64,000 nt of DNA, from assembly GCF_027352905.1 (NCBI RefSeq), contig NZ_DAIEIF010000037.1, positions 23,754 to 87,753 on the forward strand. The letters run 5' to 3'. The notes beneath the pieces are model-generated. The model did not search any database. It had not been told where the DNA came from and saw nothing but the letters and a program-made list of their open reading frames with translations. Both the position numbers and the translations under genes were made by a program. This document shows, piece by piece, positions 39,030-50,041 of this stretch. Every line of letters begins with the position of its first letter. The stretch's first letter is position 1. Source of the stretch: Acidocella sp. (lineage in GTDB: Bacteria > Pseudomonadota > Alphaproteobacteria > Acetobacterales > Acetobacteraceae).

Positions 39030-39842
39030 ATGAAGGTTTCCGTACTCGCCCTGCTGGCCGCGCTGGCCCCTCTCCCCGTCGCGGCTGCCGGCAACCTTTC
39101 GAGTCAACTCACCGGCCAGCAAGTGGTTTACACGCTCTCCCTCTCCAAATTGCGCACGCATGACATCACCGGCGCCACGGGACAGATGCAGCTTAACGTG
39201 GTCGATGGCTGCACCGGCTGGGCGACAAACCAGCATATGACACTCATCATCCGCAACGTGGATGGCTCACTGACGAAATCGGTCACTGATTATGTAATCT
39301 GGGAGAGCAAGGACGGCAAAACGATGAGTTTTGCCCTGAAAGAAGGCGATGGCAGCGGTAAAATGAAGCTTGATGACGCCGGAACCGCTTCCCACACCGG
39401 GACGGATAATGCCGGAATTGTCCAATATAGCAGCCCGCCGAATACGGAGCTCAAATTGCCGCGCGGCACCTTGTTTCCCACCCAGCATACCGAGGCGCTG
39501 CTGCAAGCGGGGCGGGACGGCGAGAAATTCATTTCTCCCCTTTTATTCGACGGCACCTCGACGGATGGCGCCCAGGCAACCTTCATCACCGTGCTCGGGC
39601 ATCACGGCCCTGGCAAAACTCCGTGGCCCGCGCTCGACAAATACGCCAGCGCGGATGTTGATATCGCATTTTTCGACCGCAAGAACGATGATGAAACGCC
39701 GAGTTTCCGCACATCGATGCGTTATTACGAGAATGGCGTGGCGACCGATCTCGTCCTGGATTTCGGGGATTTCGTGATGAGCGGCAAGATCAACTCGCTG
39801 ACCATTCCTCCGTCCCCCTGCCCCGCCGCCAAGCCCGGCTGA
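39030..39842 (+). CDS. eipB: DUF1849 / EipB-family envelope integrity protein
   Basis: Signal peptide, YTLSL, DGCTGW..Q, ESKDG, P.GTLFPTQHT, YYENGV...LDFGDF; two cysteines (N-region and C-tail). TTGACG-N16-CATACT promoter 7 nt before the ATG. Confidence 0.85.
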   Translation: MKVSVLALLAALAPLPVAAAGNLSSQLTGQQVVYTLSLSKLRTHDITGATGQMQLNVVDGCTGWATNQHMTLIIRNVDGSLTKSVTDYVIWESKDGKTMSFALKEGDGSGKMKLDDAGTASHTGTDNAGIVQYSSPPNTELKLPRGTLFPTQHTEALLQAGRDGEKFISPLLFDGTSTDGAQATFITVLGHHGPGKTPWPALDKYASADVDIAFFDRKNDDETPSFRTSMRYYENGVATDLVLDFGDFVMSGKINSLTIPPSPCPAAKPG

Positions 39843-39867
39843 CCGGGCCAAGCCGCCGGCCAAGACG

Positions 39868-41049
39868 TTAGAACGCCGCGATGCCGGTCTGGGCCCGGCC
39901 CAGGATCAACGCATGCACGTCATGCGCGCCCTCATAGGTGTTGACCGTTTCCAGATTCACCATGTGGCGCATCACATGGTATTCATCGGCAATGCCGTTG
40001 CCGCCCAGCATGTCGCGCGCCTGGCGGGCCACATCCAGAGACTTGCCGCAATTATTGCGCTTGAGCAGAGAGATCATTTCAGGCGCCGCCTCTCCCGCAT
40101 CCATCAGCCGCCCCAGGCGCAACACGCCATGCAGGCCGAGCGTGATCTCCGTCTGCATATCGGCCAGTTTCTTTTGAATGAGCTGAGTAGCTGCGAGGGG
40201 CCTGCCAAACATCTTGCGGTTCAATGTGTAGTCCCGCGCGGTGTGCCAGCAGGTTTCCGCCGCGCCAAGCGCACCCCAGGCGATGCCGTAGCGCGCATTG
40301 TTGAGGCAGGAAAACGGACCCCGCATCCCCTTCACACCCGGCAGCATCGCATCCTCGGGCACAAAAACCTCATCGAGCATGATCATGCCGGTGACGGAGG
40401 CGCGCAGGCTGAGTTTGCCCTCGATCTTCGGCGTGGCCAGCCCCTTGGCGCCCCGCTCGACGATGAAGCCGCGAATATCCCCCGCATCATCCTTGGCCCA
40501 GACCACGCAAACATCCGCGATGGGTGAATTGCTGATCCAAGTTTTGGAGCCGGAAAGCACATAGCCGCCCGCGACCTTGCGAGCCTGGGTGCGCATGGAG
40601 CCGGGATCCGACCCGGCATCGGGCTCGGTCAGGCCGAAGCAGCCAACCCATTCGCCGGTGCGTAGTTTCGGCAGGAATTTATCCTTTTGCGCGTCGGAGC
40701 CGAAGGCGTAAATCGGGTACATCACCAGGGAAGACTGCACCGAAAAAGCGGAACGGTAGCCGCTATCCACCCGCTCGATCTCGCGGGCGATCAGCCCATA
40801 GGCGACATAGGAGACATCCGCGCAGCCATGGCTGGACAGGGTGGCGCCCAGGAAGCCCAGCTCACCAAGTTCGTTCATGATTTCGCGATCAAACCGCTCT
40901 TCCCGGAAGGCGGAGAGCACGCGAGGCTGCAATTTTTCCTGGGCGTAGGCGCGGGCCGTATCGCGAATGGCGCACTCCTCTTCGGTAAGATCCGCCTCCA
41001 GCCGTAGCGGGTCGGTCCAATCGAAGGATGTCATTTTGCCCTTGGCCAT
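39868..41049 (-). CDS. gcdH: Acyl-CoA dehydrogenase, glutaryl-CoA dehydrogenase type
   Basis: [80 protein letters not shown]. Confidence 0.9.
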   Translation of the reverse strand: MAKGKMTSFDWTDPLRLEADLTEEECAIRDTARAYAQEKLQPRVLSAFREERFDREIMNELGELGFLGATLSSHGCADVSYVAYGLIAREIERVDSGYRSAFSVQSSLVMYPIYAFGSDAQKDKFLPKLRTGEWVGCFGLTEPDAGSDPGSMRTQARKVAGGYVLSGSKTWISNSPIADVCVVWAKDDAGDIRGFIVERGAKGLATPKIEGKLSLRASVTGMIMLDEVFVPEDAMLPGVKGMRGPFSCLNNARYGIAWGALGAAETCWHTARDYTLNRKMFGRPLAATQLIQKKLADMQTEITLGLHGVLRLGRLMDAGEAAPEMISLLKRNNCGKSLDVARQARDMLGGNGIADEYHVMRHMVNLETVNTYEGAHDVHALILGRAQTGIAAF

Positions 41050-41135
41050 GGTGGCGCTCCTTAAGCTTGAAACGCGCCCCTTCTGCCGCGCCGGAGAGAT
41101 TTTAGCAATCCGCTTTGGCCGCGGCAGAATTTCAA

Positions 41136-41166
41136 TGCAAAAAGGCCGGAGCGAGGCTCCGGCCTT
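41136..41166 (-). terminator. Rho-independent terminator of the porin gene
   Basis: AAGGCCGGAGC-GAG-GCTCCGGCCTT; the minus strand continues TTTG. Confidence 0.85.
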
Positions 41167-41187
41167 GGCGATTAGGCTTGGCGCCGG

Positions 41188-42414
41188 TTAGAACAGCAAG
41201 CCACCTTCCAGCGTCCCGATGAACTGGAATTTCTTGTCATTGTGGTTGCCATACCCATAGGTATAAGTCGTGCCATCATAGCTATATTTGTTACGCAACA
41301 GATAGAACCCGCCGGCGTTGACGCGGGCATACACGTCCTTGTACTGCCAGGTCGGGGCAATGGCGAAGCCCACGCCCTCGGAACGCGGCCCCACGAACCA
41401 AGTATAACCCGTTCCTTGATTATTGGTGCCGCCCTGGGAATTCTCGTACTCGATCCAGCCGCCGAGCGAGTAAGGTGTATTGGCGAAGCTGTACGTGCCG
41501 AACACCGCAGCGCCCAAATTCGAGGTGGTCTTGTCGATGCCAAGCTTATGATCGGTCTTGGCATAAACATATTGCACTTCAGGGATCAGGTTCAGATTAC
41601 CGATGGTATAGCTGTAATAGGCGCCGAACATCTGGGAATTCATGAACCATGGGCCGTAATCGCTAACCCTGGTATCGCCAAAGGTCTTGGTGTTCAAACC
41701 AGTACGGCCGAGATTGCCAGCATAGAAAACATTCAGGATGTTGTTTGAGTCGAAATTATAGGTCACCATGGCCTGGAGGAAGTTGAACACCCCCGTATCC
41801 CAGCCATCGCCAAACTCGACGGTCAATGTCATCGGCCCCTCGGTCAGCGTGCCTTCCACGCCCCGGGCGCTGCTGTTCGTCACATTCCACAAATCAGTGG
41901 TGAGCTGCGAGGGATTGTACCAAGGCAAGGTCGCCTCGTAACCTTCGAGCGAGCCCAGCATACCGGCGGAGATTGTGAAGGGCATATCCTTCGGCGCCAC
42001 CGTGATATAACCTTGATAGAGCGGGCCGGTGACGAAATTATTCACGGTGGTCTGGCTCAAATGCCCCTGGTCGTTCCAGCTCGGCGCGCCCACGGCGATG
42101 CCGCCGCCGGTCGAGCCGACTTCAATGTTGAATTGCAACTCGCCCGTGGTCTTCTGCACTTGGATGATGGCGCTGCCGACATTCATGCCGGTAGTCACCT
42201 GGCCGGGCATGCCATAATTATGAAGATCGTCCTTAGTGCCGCTGACATAATAACCGTAGCCATCCACGCCGCCGCTCACCTCGAGCTGGCCGAGCGGGCC
42301 ACCATCGATCTGAATCGCGGTGGGGCCGTTTAACGCGTGAGCCGCGTTCATCGCCAGAAGAGAAGACGCGGCCAAAAAGCCCAACCCTAAAAGTTGTCGA
42401 CGCATCGTAATCAT
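41188..42414 (-). CDS. Outer-membrane beta-barrel protein (putative porin, BBP2/DUF1597-like)
   Basis: Signal peptide, alternating Tyr/Gly/Asn-rich strands, terminal Phe (GGLLF), own terminator and AT-rich promoter. Confidence 0.85.
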   Translation of the reverse strand: MITMRRQLLGLGFLAASSLLAMNAAHALNGPTAIQIDGGPLGQLEVSGGVDGYGYYVSGTKDDLHNYGMPGQVTTGMNVGSAIIQVQKTTGELQFNIEVGSTGGGIAVGAPSWNDQGHLSQTTVNNFVTGPLYQGYITVAPKDMPFTISAGMLGSLEGYEATLPWYNPSQLTTDLWNVTNSSARGVEGTLTEGPMTLTVEFGDGWDTGVFNFLQAMVTYNFDSNNILNVFYAGNLGRTGLNTKTFGDTRVSDYGPWFMNSQMFGAYYSYTIGNLNLIPEVQYVYAKTDHKLGIDKTTSNLGAAVFGTYSFANTPYSLGGWIEYENSQGGTNNQGTGYTWFVGPRSEGVGFAIAPTWQYKDVYARVNAGGFYLLRNKYSYDGTTYTYGYGNHNDKKFQFIGTLEGGLLF

Positions 42415-42674
42415 TATGCCTCCTCAATGCGCTCCGTGTCGCGCGTGATGCCCAAAACCCTCTCACCCTCGGCGCAAATTCAAGCCAGGAGCTCGAAACA
42501 GCGCCAAGGATGGTAATTAATTTGCAATCTATATTCTAAAGGCTTGGGAACATGCCAGACCAAAGCCACTAAGATTGTGCTTTGCAAAAATATTGTGGCT
42601 GAAATGACACAATCAGGAGCCAGGCCCTTGAGTTTGTGGTTTTCAGCGTCCGGCGGGGCTGGAAAAGCGGATGG

Positions 42675-44126
42675 TCAGCCCAGCTCCGCCAGCAGGCTCA
42701 GCCGCGGTTCGCCAGCCTCGGAATGGTCAGGAACCGGGATCGGATAATCTCCGGTGAAGCAGGCATCGCAGAAAGCGGGCTGGGCAGCATCCCGCCCCGG
42801 CTTGCCTAGCGCCTTGTACAGCCCGTCAATCGAGATAAAGGCGAGTGACTCAACGCCGATGAGCCGCGCCATCTCCTCCACGCTGTTGCGCGCCGCCAGC
42901 AGCTTGCCGCGCTCCGGCGTGTCTATGCCGTAAAAACAGGAATGGGTGGTGGGCGGCCCGGCGATGCGCATATGCACCTCTCTCGCCCCGGCCTGGCGCA
43001 CCATCTCGACGATTTTCTGGCTGGTGGTGCCGCGCACGATCGAATCATCAACCAGCACCACGCGCTTGCCTTCGATTATGGCGCGGTTGGCTGAATGCTT
43101 TAGCCGCACCCCCAGATGCCGGATCTGATCCGTCGGCTCGATGAAGGTCCGCCCAACATAATGGTTGCGAATGATGCCCAACTCGAAGCTGATCCGCGCG
43201 GCCTCCGCGAAGCCCATGGCGGCGGGCACGCCGGAATCTGGCACCGGCACCACCACATCGGCCTCCACCGGGGTTTCCAGCGCCAGCTGCGCGCCGATCC
43301 GCTTGCGGGCATTATAGACGGGGGTACCCTCCATTACCGAATCCGGGCGGGCGAAATAAATGTACTCGAACACGCAGAAGCGCGGTTTTTGCGGCCCAAA
43401 CGGTTTGACGCTCTGCACCCCGGCATCGTCCACCAGCACGATCTCGCCCGGTTCCACGTCGCGTACGAACTCCGCGCCGACAATATCGAGCGCGCAGGTT
43501 TCGGAGGCCAACACCCAGCCCGCCTTGCCATCGGCCCCGGGGAGTCTGCCGAGGATCAAGGGCCGGACCCCCAGCGGGTCGCGCACGCCGATGAGTTGCT
43601 CATTGGTCAGAGCAACCAGGGAATAGGCGCCGGTCACCTGTTTGAGCGCGTCGATCAGCCGGTCCACCACGGTGGAATAGAGCGAGATGGCGATGAGATG
43701 GACAAACACCTCCGAATCCATGGTGGATTGGAAGAGGCAGCCGCGGCGGGTGAGCGCCCGACGCAGGGTATGGGCATTGGTGAGATTGCCGTTATGGCCG
43801 ACGGCGAAACCGCCGAACTCGAACTCCGCAAAAAGAGGCTGCACGTTGCGCAGCACGGTATCGCCCGTGGTGGCGTAGCGGTTATGGCCGATGGCGCGCG
43901 GCCCCGGCAATCCGGCCATCACCTTGGCATCCCCAAAATTGTCGCCAACCAGCCCCAACCCTTTATGGGAATGAAAGCGCACCCCGTCATGGCTGACGAT
44001 GCCCGTGGCCTCTTGGCCGCGATGTTGGAGCGCGTGCAGCCCAAGCGCGGCGATCGCGGCGGCGTCCGCCACGTTCCAGGCGCCAAATACGCCGCATTCC
44101 TCATGAGGCTTGTCGTCGTCGATCAT
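42675..44126 (-). CDS. purF: Amidophosphoribosyltransferase
   Basis: EE|[64 protein letters not shown]. Confidence 0.98.
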   Translation of the reverse strand: MIDDDKPHEECGVFGAWNVADAAAIAALGLHALQHRGQEATGIVSHDGVRFHSHKGLGLVGDNFGDAKVMAGLPGPRAIGHNRYATTGDTVLRNVQPLFAEFEFGGFAVGHNGNLTNAHTLRRALTRRGCLFQSTMDSEVFVHLIAISLYSTVVDRLIDALKQVTGAYSLVALTNEQLIGVRDPLGVRPLILGRLPGADGKAGWVLASETCALDIVGAEFVRDVEPGEIVLVDDAGVQSVKPFGPQKPRFCVFEYIYFARPDSVMEGTPVYNARKRIGAQLALETPVEADVVVPVPDSGVPAAMGFAEAARISFELGIIRNHYVGRTFIEPTDQIRHLGVRLKHSANRAIIEGKRVVLVDDSIVRGTTSQKIVEMVRQAGAREVHMRIAGPPTTHSCFYGIDTPERGKLLAARNSVEEMARLIGVESLAFISIDGLYKALGKPGRDAAQPAFCDACFTGDYPIPVPDHSEAGEPRLSLLAELG

Positions 44127-44302
44127 GCGCTTCCACTACCGAGGCGCCCGGGCCCTGTCGAGCGCGCGCGCCACATGCCACCGGTCCGCGCACCGCGAGG
44201 GTCCATAATCTTGCCGGGTTTCGGCGCTTTGGTCACGCAATGTTTCACCAAGCCCCGCCGGACTTGCCTTCCCGTCCGCACCCCGCCAGAGATGCAGCCG
44301 CG

Positions 44303-45409
44303 ATGCCCGTTATGCCTTTCTTCCACCGGCTGGACCGCTATATTCTCGCGCAGCTGGTCCTGGCCCTGGCTCTGGTCACGGCCGGTCTGGTGGCGCTGAT
44401 CTGGCTGACCCAATCGCTCCGCTTTATCCAGATCATCGTCAGCCACGGCTTATCCCCTTTCGTCTTCATCAAACTCACCGGGCTTTTGGTGCCAAGCTTT
44501 CTGGCCACTATTCTGCCCATTACCTCCTTCATTGTCGTCCTTTTTATATACATGCGCCTTTCAGGCGACCGGGAGCTCACCATCATGCGCGGGCTCGGCC
44601 TGCCGGATGTCAGGCTTGCCCGCCCGGCGCTGGTCCTTGCGGTGACCGTCACCCTGGCCGGTTATCTCCTCAGCCTCGCCGCGGTACCCTTGAGTCTCTC
44701 GGCCTTCCGCACCTATCAGTACGAGATCCGCAACCAGATTGCCGCGTTTCTCCTTGAGCCGGGGGTCTTCACCCCGGTTTCGGCCAATATTATGGTCTAT
44801 GTGCAATCGCGCAGTCCGGATGGGTGGCTGAAAGGGATCATCATCGAGGATAATCGTGACCCAAGCGCTCCCGCCACCATACTCGCTCGCACCGGTGAGC
44901 TGATATCCACCCCCTCAGGCCCCGTTGTCGTTCTCAATAACGGCTCACGCCAGCAGATCGACCAAAAGACGGGCGAGCTGGATATGCTGACCTTCCAGCG
45001 CAACACCCTTTCCCTTGCGGCCAGTTCGCATGCCGACATGCCCATAGACACCGACGCGGCGGAGGAATCCCTGCCCGCCCTGCTCCATCCGCCTGAAACC
45101 CTCTCTCCGGAGAACAGGGCCAAATGGCTGGTCGAGGCTCATCGCCGCCTCACCGCGCCCTTCGCGACTCTGACCTATACGCTCATTGCCTTGGTGGCGG
45201 CGCTGGGAGGTACTTTCAGGCGCCATGGCGGGCTGGCGCGGATCATCGGCGCGGTGGTCATCGTCACCGCCTTGGTGGCGCTGGAGCTCGGCATCGACAA
45301 TCTGGCAGCGCGCGATACCGCCCTGCTGCCCCTCATCTGGGTCTGGGCATTGGGCCCGGCCGTCATCGCCGGCTACATGCTGTTCCGCCAAGGCGCGCCT
45401 CGGGCATGA
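44303..45409 (+). CDS. lptF: LPS export permease LptF
   Basis: LDRYILAQL, LIWLTQSLRFI, DRELTIMRGLG, EPGVF, HRRLTAP; first of the paired permeases before lptD. Confidence 0.92.
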   Translation: MPVMPFFHRLDRYILAQLVLALALVTAGLVALIWLTQSLRFIQIIVSHGLSPFVFIKLTGLLVPSFLATILPITSFIVVLFIYMRLSGDRELTIMRGLGLPDVRLARPALVLAVTVTLAGYLLSLAAVPLSLSAFRTYQYEIRNQIAAFLLEPGVFTPVSANIMVYVQSRSPDGWLKGIIIEDNRDPSAPATILARTGELISTPSGPVVVLNNGSRQQIDQKTGELDMLTFQRNTLSLAASSHADMPIDTDAAEESLPALLHPPETLSPENRAKWLVEAHRRLTAPFATLTYTLIALVAALGGTFRRHGGLARIIGAVVIVTALVALELGIDNLAARDTALLPLIWVWALGPAVIAGYMLFRQGAPRA

Positions 45410-46518
45410 GACTTCCCATCACGCTCTCCTGGTATTTCGGGCGGCAATTCGCCTTCGCGGTGCTGGCGATGGCGGCGGGTCTTACCGCCTTGGTCGCGCT
45501 GTTCGATTTTCTGGAGCTTTTGCGGGAATCCGCCACCGCGCCCAATGCCAGCTTCGGCACCGTGGTCGAAATCGAGGCGCTGCGCCTGCCCTGGAGCCTC
45601 CTGCAAATCATGCCCTTCGCCGTGTTGCTCGGCGGCATTTATGCATTCTGGCGCCTGGCCCGCTCCTCAGAGCTGGTGGTGGCCCGCGCCGCGGGCGTTT
45701 CCGCCTGGCAATTCCTGGCCACTCCGGTTTTCATCGCTGGCCTGCTGGGGTTGTTCTGCACCATGGGCGTCAGCCCGCTTTCCGCCCTGATGTATGGGCG
45801 CGGCGAGCAGATTTATAACATGTACATGAAGCGCTCCGGCGGCCCGCTCTCGCTCAATGGCGGCTCGCTCTGGGTGCGTCAGACCGATTCCGGCTTGATC
45901 CCGGACGGCATCGCCGTGCTGCACGCCAACGATGTCTGGCTCCACGAAAAAAAGCTGGAGGCCGACCAGGTGAGCATCCTCAGGCTCGATCCGGACATCG
46001 TCCTGTTACAACGGCTGGATGCCAGGCACGCGGTGCTGGAACCCGGCACATGGGAGCTGGATGACGTTTCCGTGCTGCGTCCCGGCGCTCCGCCGCGCCA
46101 TATCCCGCATATGAGCTTTCCCACCGATCTCACGGTGGGCCGGGTGCAGGAAAGCTTCGCCTCGCCCAATTCCCTTTCATTCTGGCAGTTACCCGGCTTC
46201 ATCCGCCTGCTTCGCAAATCCGGCTTCTCTGCCACCCAGCACGAGCTGGCGTTTCAGTCCCTGCTGGCGTTGCCGCTGCTCTGCGCCACCATGGCTCTGG
46301 TGGCGGCGGGGTTTTCCATGCGCCCGTCCCGCCGGGGCGGCACAGGCACCATGATCGTCTCGGGCGTCGGCTTCGGCTTCGCCTTGTTCATGGTCTCCGA
46401 GGTCGCCAACCAGTTCGGCACCTCCGGTGCGGTACCGGTGGTGTTGGCCGCGTGGGCGCCCGCTTTGGCGGGATTGTTTTTGGCGCTTGCCTTGTTGCTG
46501 CATCTGGAAGATGGCTGA
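45406..46518 (+). CDS. lptG: LPS export permease LptG
   Basis: TLSWYFGRQF, SELVVARAAGVSAWQF, SLSFWQLP..I, LLLHLEDG. ATGA overlap with lptF. Confidence 0.92.
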   Translation: MRLPITLSWYFGRQFAFAVLAMAAGLTALVALFDFLELLRESATAPNASFGTVVEIEALRLPWSLLQIMPFAVLLGGIYAFWRLARSSELVVARAAGVSAWQFLATPVFIAGLLGLFCTMGVSPLSALMYGRGEQIYNMYMKRSGGPLSLNGGSLWVRQTDSGLIPDGIAVLHANDVWLHEKKLEADQVSILRLDPDIVLLQRLDARHAVLEPGTWELDDVSVLRPGAPPRHIPHMSFPTDLTVGRVQESFASPNSLSFWQLPGFIRLLRKSGFSATQHELAFQSLLALPLLCATMALVAAGFSMRPSRRGGTGTMIVSGVGFGFALFMVSEVANQFGTSGAVPVVLAAWAPALAGLFLALALLLHLEDG

Positions 46519-46521
46519 GCC

Positions 46522-48741
46522 ATGACTCGCAACGGCCGATTCCTGCTGCTTCTCGCCTCCACCTGTCTGGGGGGGCCGGTTTTGGCCCAATCCGTAGGCT
46601 CCCTGGTCTCAAGCCCCCAGCCCAGCGCCGGGAAGGACGCGCCCGTCAGCTTCACCGCCGATTCGCTCACCTACGAGAAAAACGCCAATCTCATCACCGC
46701 CTCCGGCCATGTCGTCGCCATCCAGAATGGCCAGACATTGCATGCCGACAAGGTGACGATCGACCGGACGACCAATGTCGTCACCGCCTCCGGCCATGTC
46801 GTGCTGGTTCAGCCCGGCGGCGAGACAGTCTATGCCGACCATATCGTGCTTTCCAATAATATGAAAAACGCGGTGATGCAGGGAGTGGCTGCGCGTTTGC
46901 AGCAAAACGCCCGCATCATCGCCAATGGCGGCCAGCGCTACGAGGGCAAGCTCGATGTTCTGGCCAAGCCGGTCTATTCCGCCTGCAATCTCTGCAAGGA
47001 CGATCCCCGCGCCCCGCCCACCTGGGCCATCCGCGCCGCCAGCGCCACGCATGATCTCGAACATAAGATGATCGAATTCCGCAACGCCACGCTGCTGATG
47101 AAAGGCGTGCCGGTATTCTGGCTACCTTATCTCTCCGAGCCGGACCCCTCGGTAAGGCGCAAAACCGGGCTTCTCATCCCCTCGGCGGGCGCATCCTCGC
47201 AGCTCGGCGCTTTCGCCATCATTCCCTATTACATCACGCTCGGCAAATCCGCCGATCTTACCCTCGCCCCGGTGCTGGCGACCAAGCAGGGGCCGGCCCT
47301 GATGGGCCAATACCGGGAGGATTTCAACCAGGGTGTGCTGGATATAAAGGCGAGCGCCGGTCATGACCGCGGCGATTTCGGCAATTCCGTTTTCGCCAAT
47401 GGCTCTTTCAACATCAATCAGTACTGGCGCAGCGGCTTTTCCTTCAACCGCGCCTCCAACGCGCAATATCTGGACGATTTCAGCATTCTGCCCAACGCCT
47501 CCTATCTGGAGAGCAATGTCTATCTCGAGGGGTTCTCCTCCGGCTCCTATGCGCGGCTGGACGCCGAGACCTATCAGGGTCTCGTTTCCTCGATCAATCA
47601 GAGCGAATTGCCGATCGTCGGCCCCTATGGGCAATATCATTTCGTCTCCCAGCCGGACGTGCTGGGCGGCACGTTGCGGGTGGATGCCAACGCCTTCAAC
47701 GTCATGCGCAATGTAGGGACCAACACCCGGCGGCTTACCTTTCTTCCCGCCTATTCCATTCCCCTTTCACTGCCGGCGGGGCTCATAGGCACGGCGCGGG
47801 TGCAGCTGGTCACCGCCTATTACAATGCCGACAAGTTGAACCAGCAGCCCAATTACAGCGCCATCCAGCAGGCGAGCACCATCCGGGCCGAGCCCTATGG
47901 CGGGTTGATGCTGCGCTGGCCTTTTCTCCGCCCCACCCGCGACTGGGGCAGCCAGCTGGTCGAGCCGATCGCCCAGCTCGTCGTGGCGCCGGTCACCGGT
48001 ATTTCGGAAAACGATAAAATCCCCAATGAGGACAGCCTCGACCTTGAATTTTCCGACGCCAATCTTTTTGATTTCAACCGCTATCCAGGCATAGACAGGC
48101 TGGAGGGCGGGGCCCGGGTGGATTACGCGCTGCACGCGGCCTGGTATCTGCCCGGCGGTGCCACGCTGGATGGCCTGATCGGCCAATCCTACCGGTTTCA
48201 TAAGGATTATGTGTACCTGCCCGCCTCCGGCTTGCAGGATAACGTGTCGGACATCGTATCCCGCTTCGTCGTGGCGCCGGTGTCCTGGTTCAACATTGCC
48301 TATCGCGGGCGCTTCGCCCACCAAAGCCTCGGCAACCGCATGAGCGACCTCACGGCCAATTTGGCCATCGGCAAGGTCAGTTTGTCGGGGGGCTATCTCT
48401 ACACCAGCACCAACCCTTACACCCTCTATGACAATCTGACCGGCGCGCAGGTGTTAAATCTTCAGCTGCCCGCGACGTATTATACACCCCGTCAGGAGGC
48501 AGTCGTGAACGCCTCGACCCAGTATCAGAATTGGACCTTCTCGGGCGGCGGCCAACGAAACCTGCAGACAGGCAAGCTTGACGAAATCAACGCCTCGGTC
48601 GGCTGGCAGAATGACTGTTTCGGGGTGAACCTGCTGTTCTACAAACGCTACACCTCTTTCAATCTCGACAATGGCAGCACGACATTGCTGGTCCAGTTCA
48701 ATTTCAAAACCCTCGGCAATATCGGATTCAACACCCTATGA
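46522..48741 (+). CDS. lptD: LPS assembly protein LptD
   Basis: Signal peptide, beta-jellyroll (FTADSLTY, ASGHVV), YSACNLC, RKTGLLIP, barrel with GWQNDCF and terminal FKTLG. Confidence 0.95.
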   Translation: MTRNGRFLLLLASTCLGGPVLAQSVGSLVSSPQPSAGKDAPVSFTADSLTYEKNANLITASGHVVAIQNGQTLHADKVTIDRTTNVVTASGHVVLVQPGGETVYADHIVLSNNMKNAVMQGVAARLQQNARIIANGGQRYEGKLDVLAKPVYSACNLCKDDPRAPPTWAIRAASATHDLEHKMIEFRNATLLMKGVPVFWLPYLSEPDPSVRRKTGLLIPSAGASSQLGAFAIIPYYITLGKSADLTLAPVLATKQGPALMGQYREDFNQGVLDIKASAGHDRGDFGNSVFANGSFNINQYWRSGFSFNRASNAQYLDDFSILPNASYLESNVYLEGFSSGSYARLDAETYQGLVSSINQSELPIVGPYGQYHFVSQPDVLGGTLRVDANAFNVMRNVGTNTRRLTFLPAYSIPLSLPAGLIGTARVQLVTAYYNADKLNQQPNYSAIQQASTIRAEPYGGLMLRWPFLRPTRDWGSQLVEPIAQLVVAPVTGISENDKIPNEDSLDLEFSDANLFDFNRYPGIDRLEGGARVDYALHAAWYLPGGATLDGLIGQSYRFHKDYVYLPASGLQDNVSDIVSRFVVAPVSWFNIAYRGRFAHQSLGNRMSDLTANLAIGKVSLSGGYLYTSTNPYTLYDNLTGAQVLNLQLPATYYTPRQEAVVNASTQYQNWTFSGGGQRNLQTGKLDEINASVGWQNDCFGVNLLFYKRYTSFNLDNGSTTLLVQFNFKTLGNIGFNTL

Positions 48742-50036
48742 AATGTCTGCTCCGCGCCGTTCTTCTTGCCATGGCTTGGGCCGGGCCCGTTCTGGCGCAA
48801 AAAGCCGCCCAGCCCCCGGCGCCCTCGGCCGATTCCGTGGGCGTTGCGGCTGTTGTCAACGGCCAGGTTATCACCACGCAGGATGTGGCCAACCGCGCCC
48901 GCCTACTCGCCCTTTCCATGGGCATGACTGCCTCGCCAGACGTCATTCAGCATCTCATGCCGCAGGTGACCCAGCAGCTCATCGACCAGGCCTTGCAGCA
49001 GCAGGAAATCGACAAGCTCGGCATCACCGTCTCCAATCAGGACATCGCGGACGCCCTCTCTCATATCGAGCAGGGAAACAACATTCCGCCTGGCGGCTTG
49101 CAAGCCAAGCTGGAGGCGACGGGCGTGCCCTATTCCGCGTTACTGGCGCAAATCCGCACCGGCCTGGGCTGGCAGCAGGTGCTGCACAGGGTGCTAGGGC
49201 CTGGCCTCCAGCCCACGCCGGGAGATATCGCCGCGCAGAAAGCGGCGCTCAAAGCCAGTCTTGGCGCGACCCAATATCACCTCGCGGAAATTTTCATCCG
49301 CGTGACCGACCCGAGCGATGAAACCACGGCGCGCAATTTCGCCAACACCGTCATTAACCAGCTGCGCCAGGGCGCCCCCTTCCCCATCGTCGCGGCGCAA
49401 TTCTCCCAGGCGCAGACGGCGCTCGCGGGCGGCGATCTCGGCTATGTGCAGCTCAGCCAGCTCGATCCCGAGGTGGCGGCGACCGTGAAGGAGATGCCGG
49501 TGGGCGCGATCTCCAACCCCATCCGTGTGCCGGGCGGCTACGAGATCGTCCAGCTTCTCGACAAGCATGACGAGGGCAACCAGTTGCAAACCATCCTCGA
49601 CATGCGCCAAGCTTTCGGCCGCTATCCGCAGCCTGTTACCGGCGGACAGCTTGGCCCGGTGCAGATCAATTTCATCAACCAGTTCATGACCAAGGCGCAG
49701 GCGGCGAAAAGCTGCGCGGATATCGAGGCGCTGAACACCGCTTATGGCAATATCCGCCCCGCCAATCCAGGCCCCGTCAATCTCGCCACTGTCACTCCCC
49801 CCGCTTTCCAGCAGGTTCTGGCCAGCTTGCCGCTCAACACGCTGAGCCGCCCGCTGGTGCAGGCGGACGGCGTCTCGGTGGTGATGATCTGCAACCGCAG
49901 CCAGCAAAAGGCGCAACTGCCGCCGGATGATCAGATCGTCAATATAATCATCGAGCGCCGGGTCGCGCTGGAATCCCAGCAAATGATGGATCAACTCCGC
50001 CATCGCTCGGTCATCCTCCAGCCCGGCAGCAGCTAA
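48738..50036 (+). CDS. surA: SurA-type peptidyl-prolyl isomerase/chaperone
   Basis: VAAVVNGQVIT, LIDQALQQQE, YHLAEIFI, AAQFSQ..A..GGDLGYV; located after lptD. Confidence 0.88.
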   Translation: MKCLLRAVLLAMAWAGPVLAQKAAQPPAPSADSVGVAAVVNGQVITTQDVANRARLLALSMGMTASPDVIQHLMPQVTQQLIDQALQQQEIDKLGITVSNQDIADALSHIEQGNNIPPGGLQAKLEATGVPYSALLAQIRTGLGWQQVLHRVLGPGLQPTPGDIAAQKAALKASLGATQYHLAEIFIRVTDPSDETTARNFANTVINQLRQGAPFPIVAAQFSQAQTALAGGDLGYVQLSQLDPEVAATVKEMPVGAISNPIRVPGGYEIVQLLDKHDEGNQLQTILDMRQAFGRYPQPVTGGQLGPVQINFINQFMTKAQAAKSCADIEALNTAYGNIRPANPGPVNLATVTPPAFQQVLASLPLNTLSRPLVQADGVSVVMICNRSQQKAQLPPDDQIVNIIIERRVALESQQMMDQLRHRSVILQPGSS

Positions 50037-50041
50037 GAGAA

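Noticed and set aside
42521-42540. Irr/ICE iron box upstream of the porin
   Set aside because: Only one half-site (TTCTAAA) matches, and spacing is 6 rather than 3; kept only as an unassigned palindrome.
42545-42575. Sigma54 promoter for the porin (also checked for gcdH)
   Set aside because: The GG-N10-GC spacing or the -12 TTGC is not satisfied.
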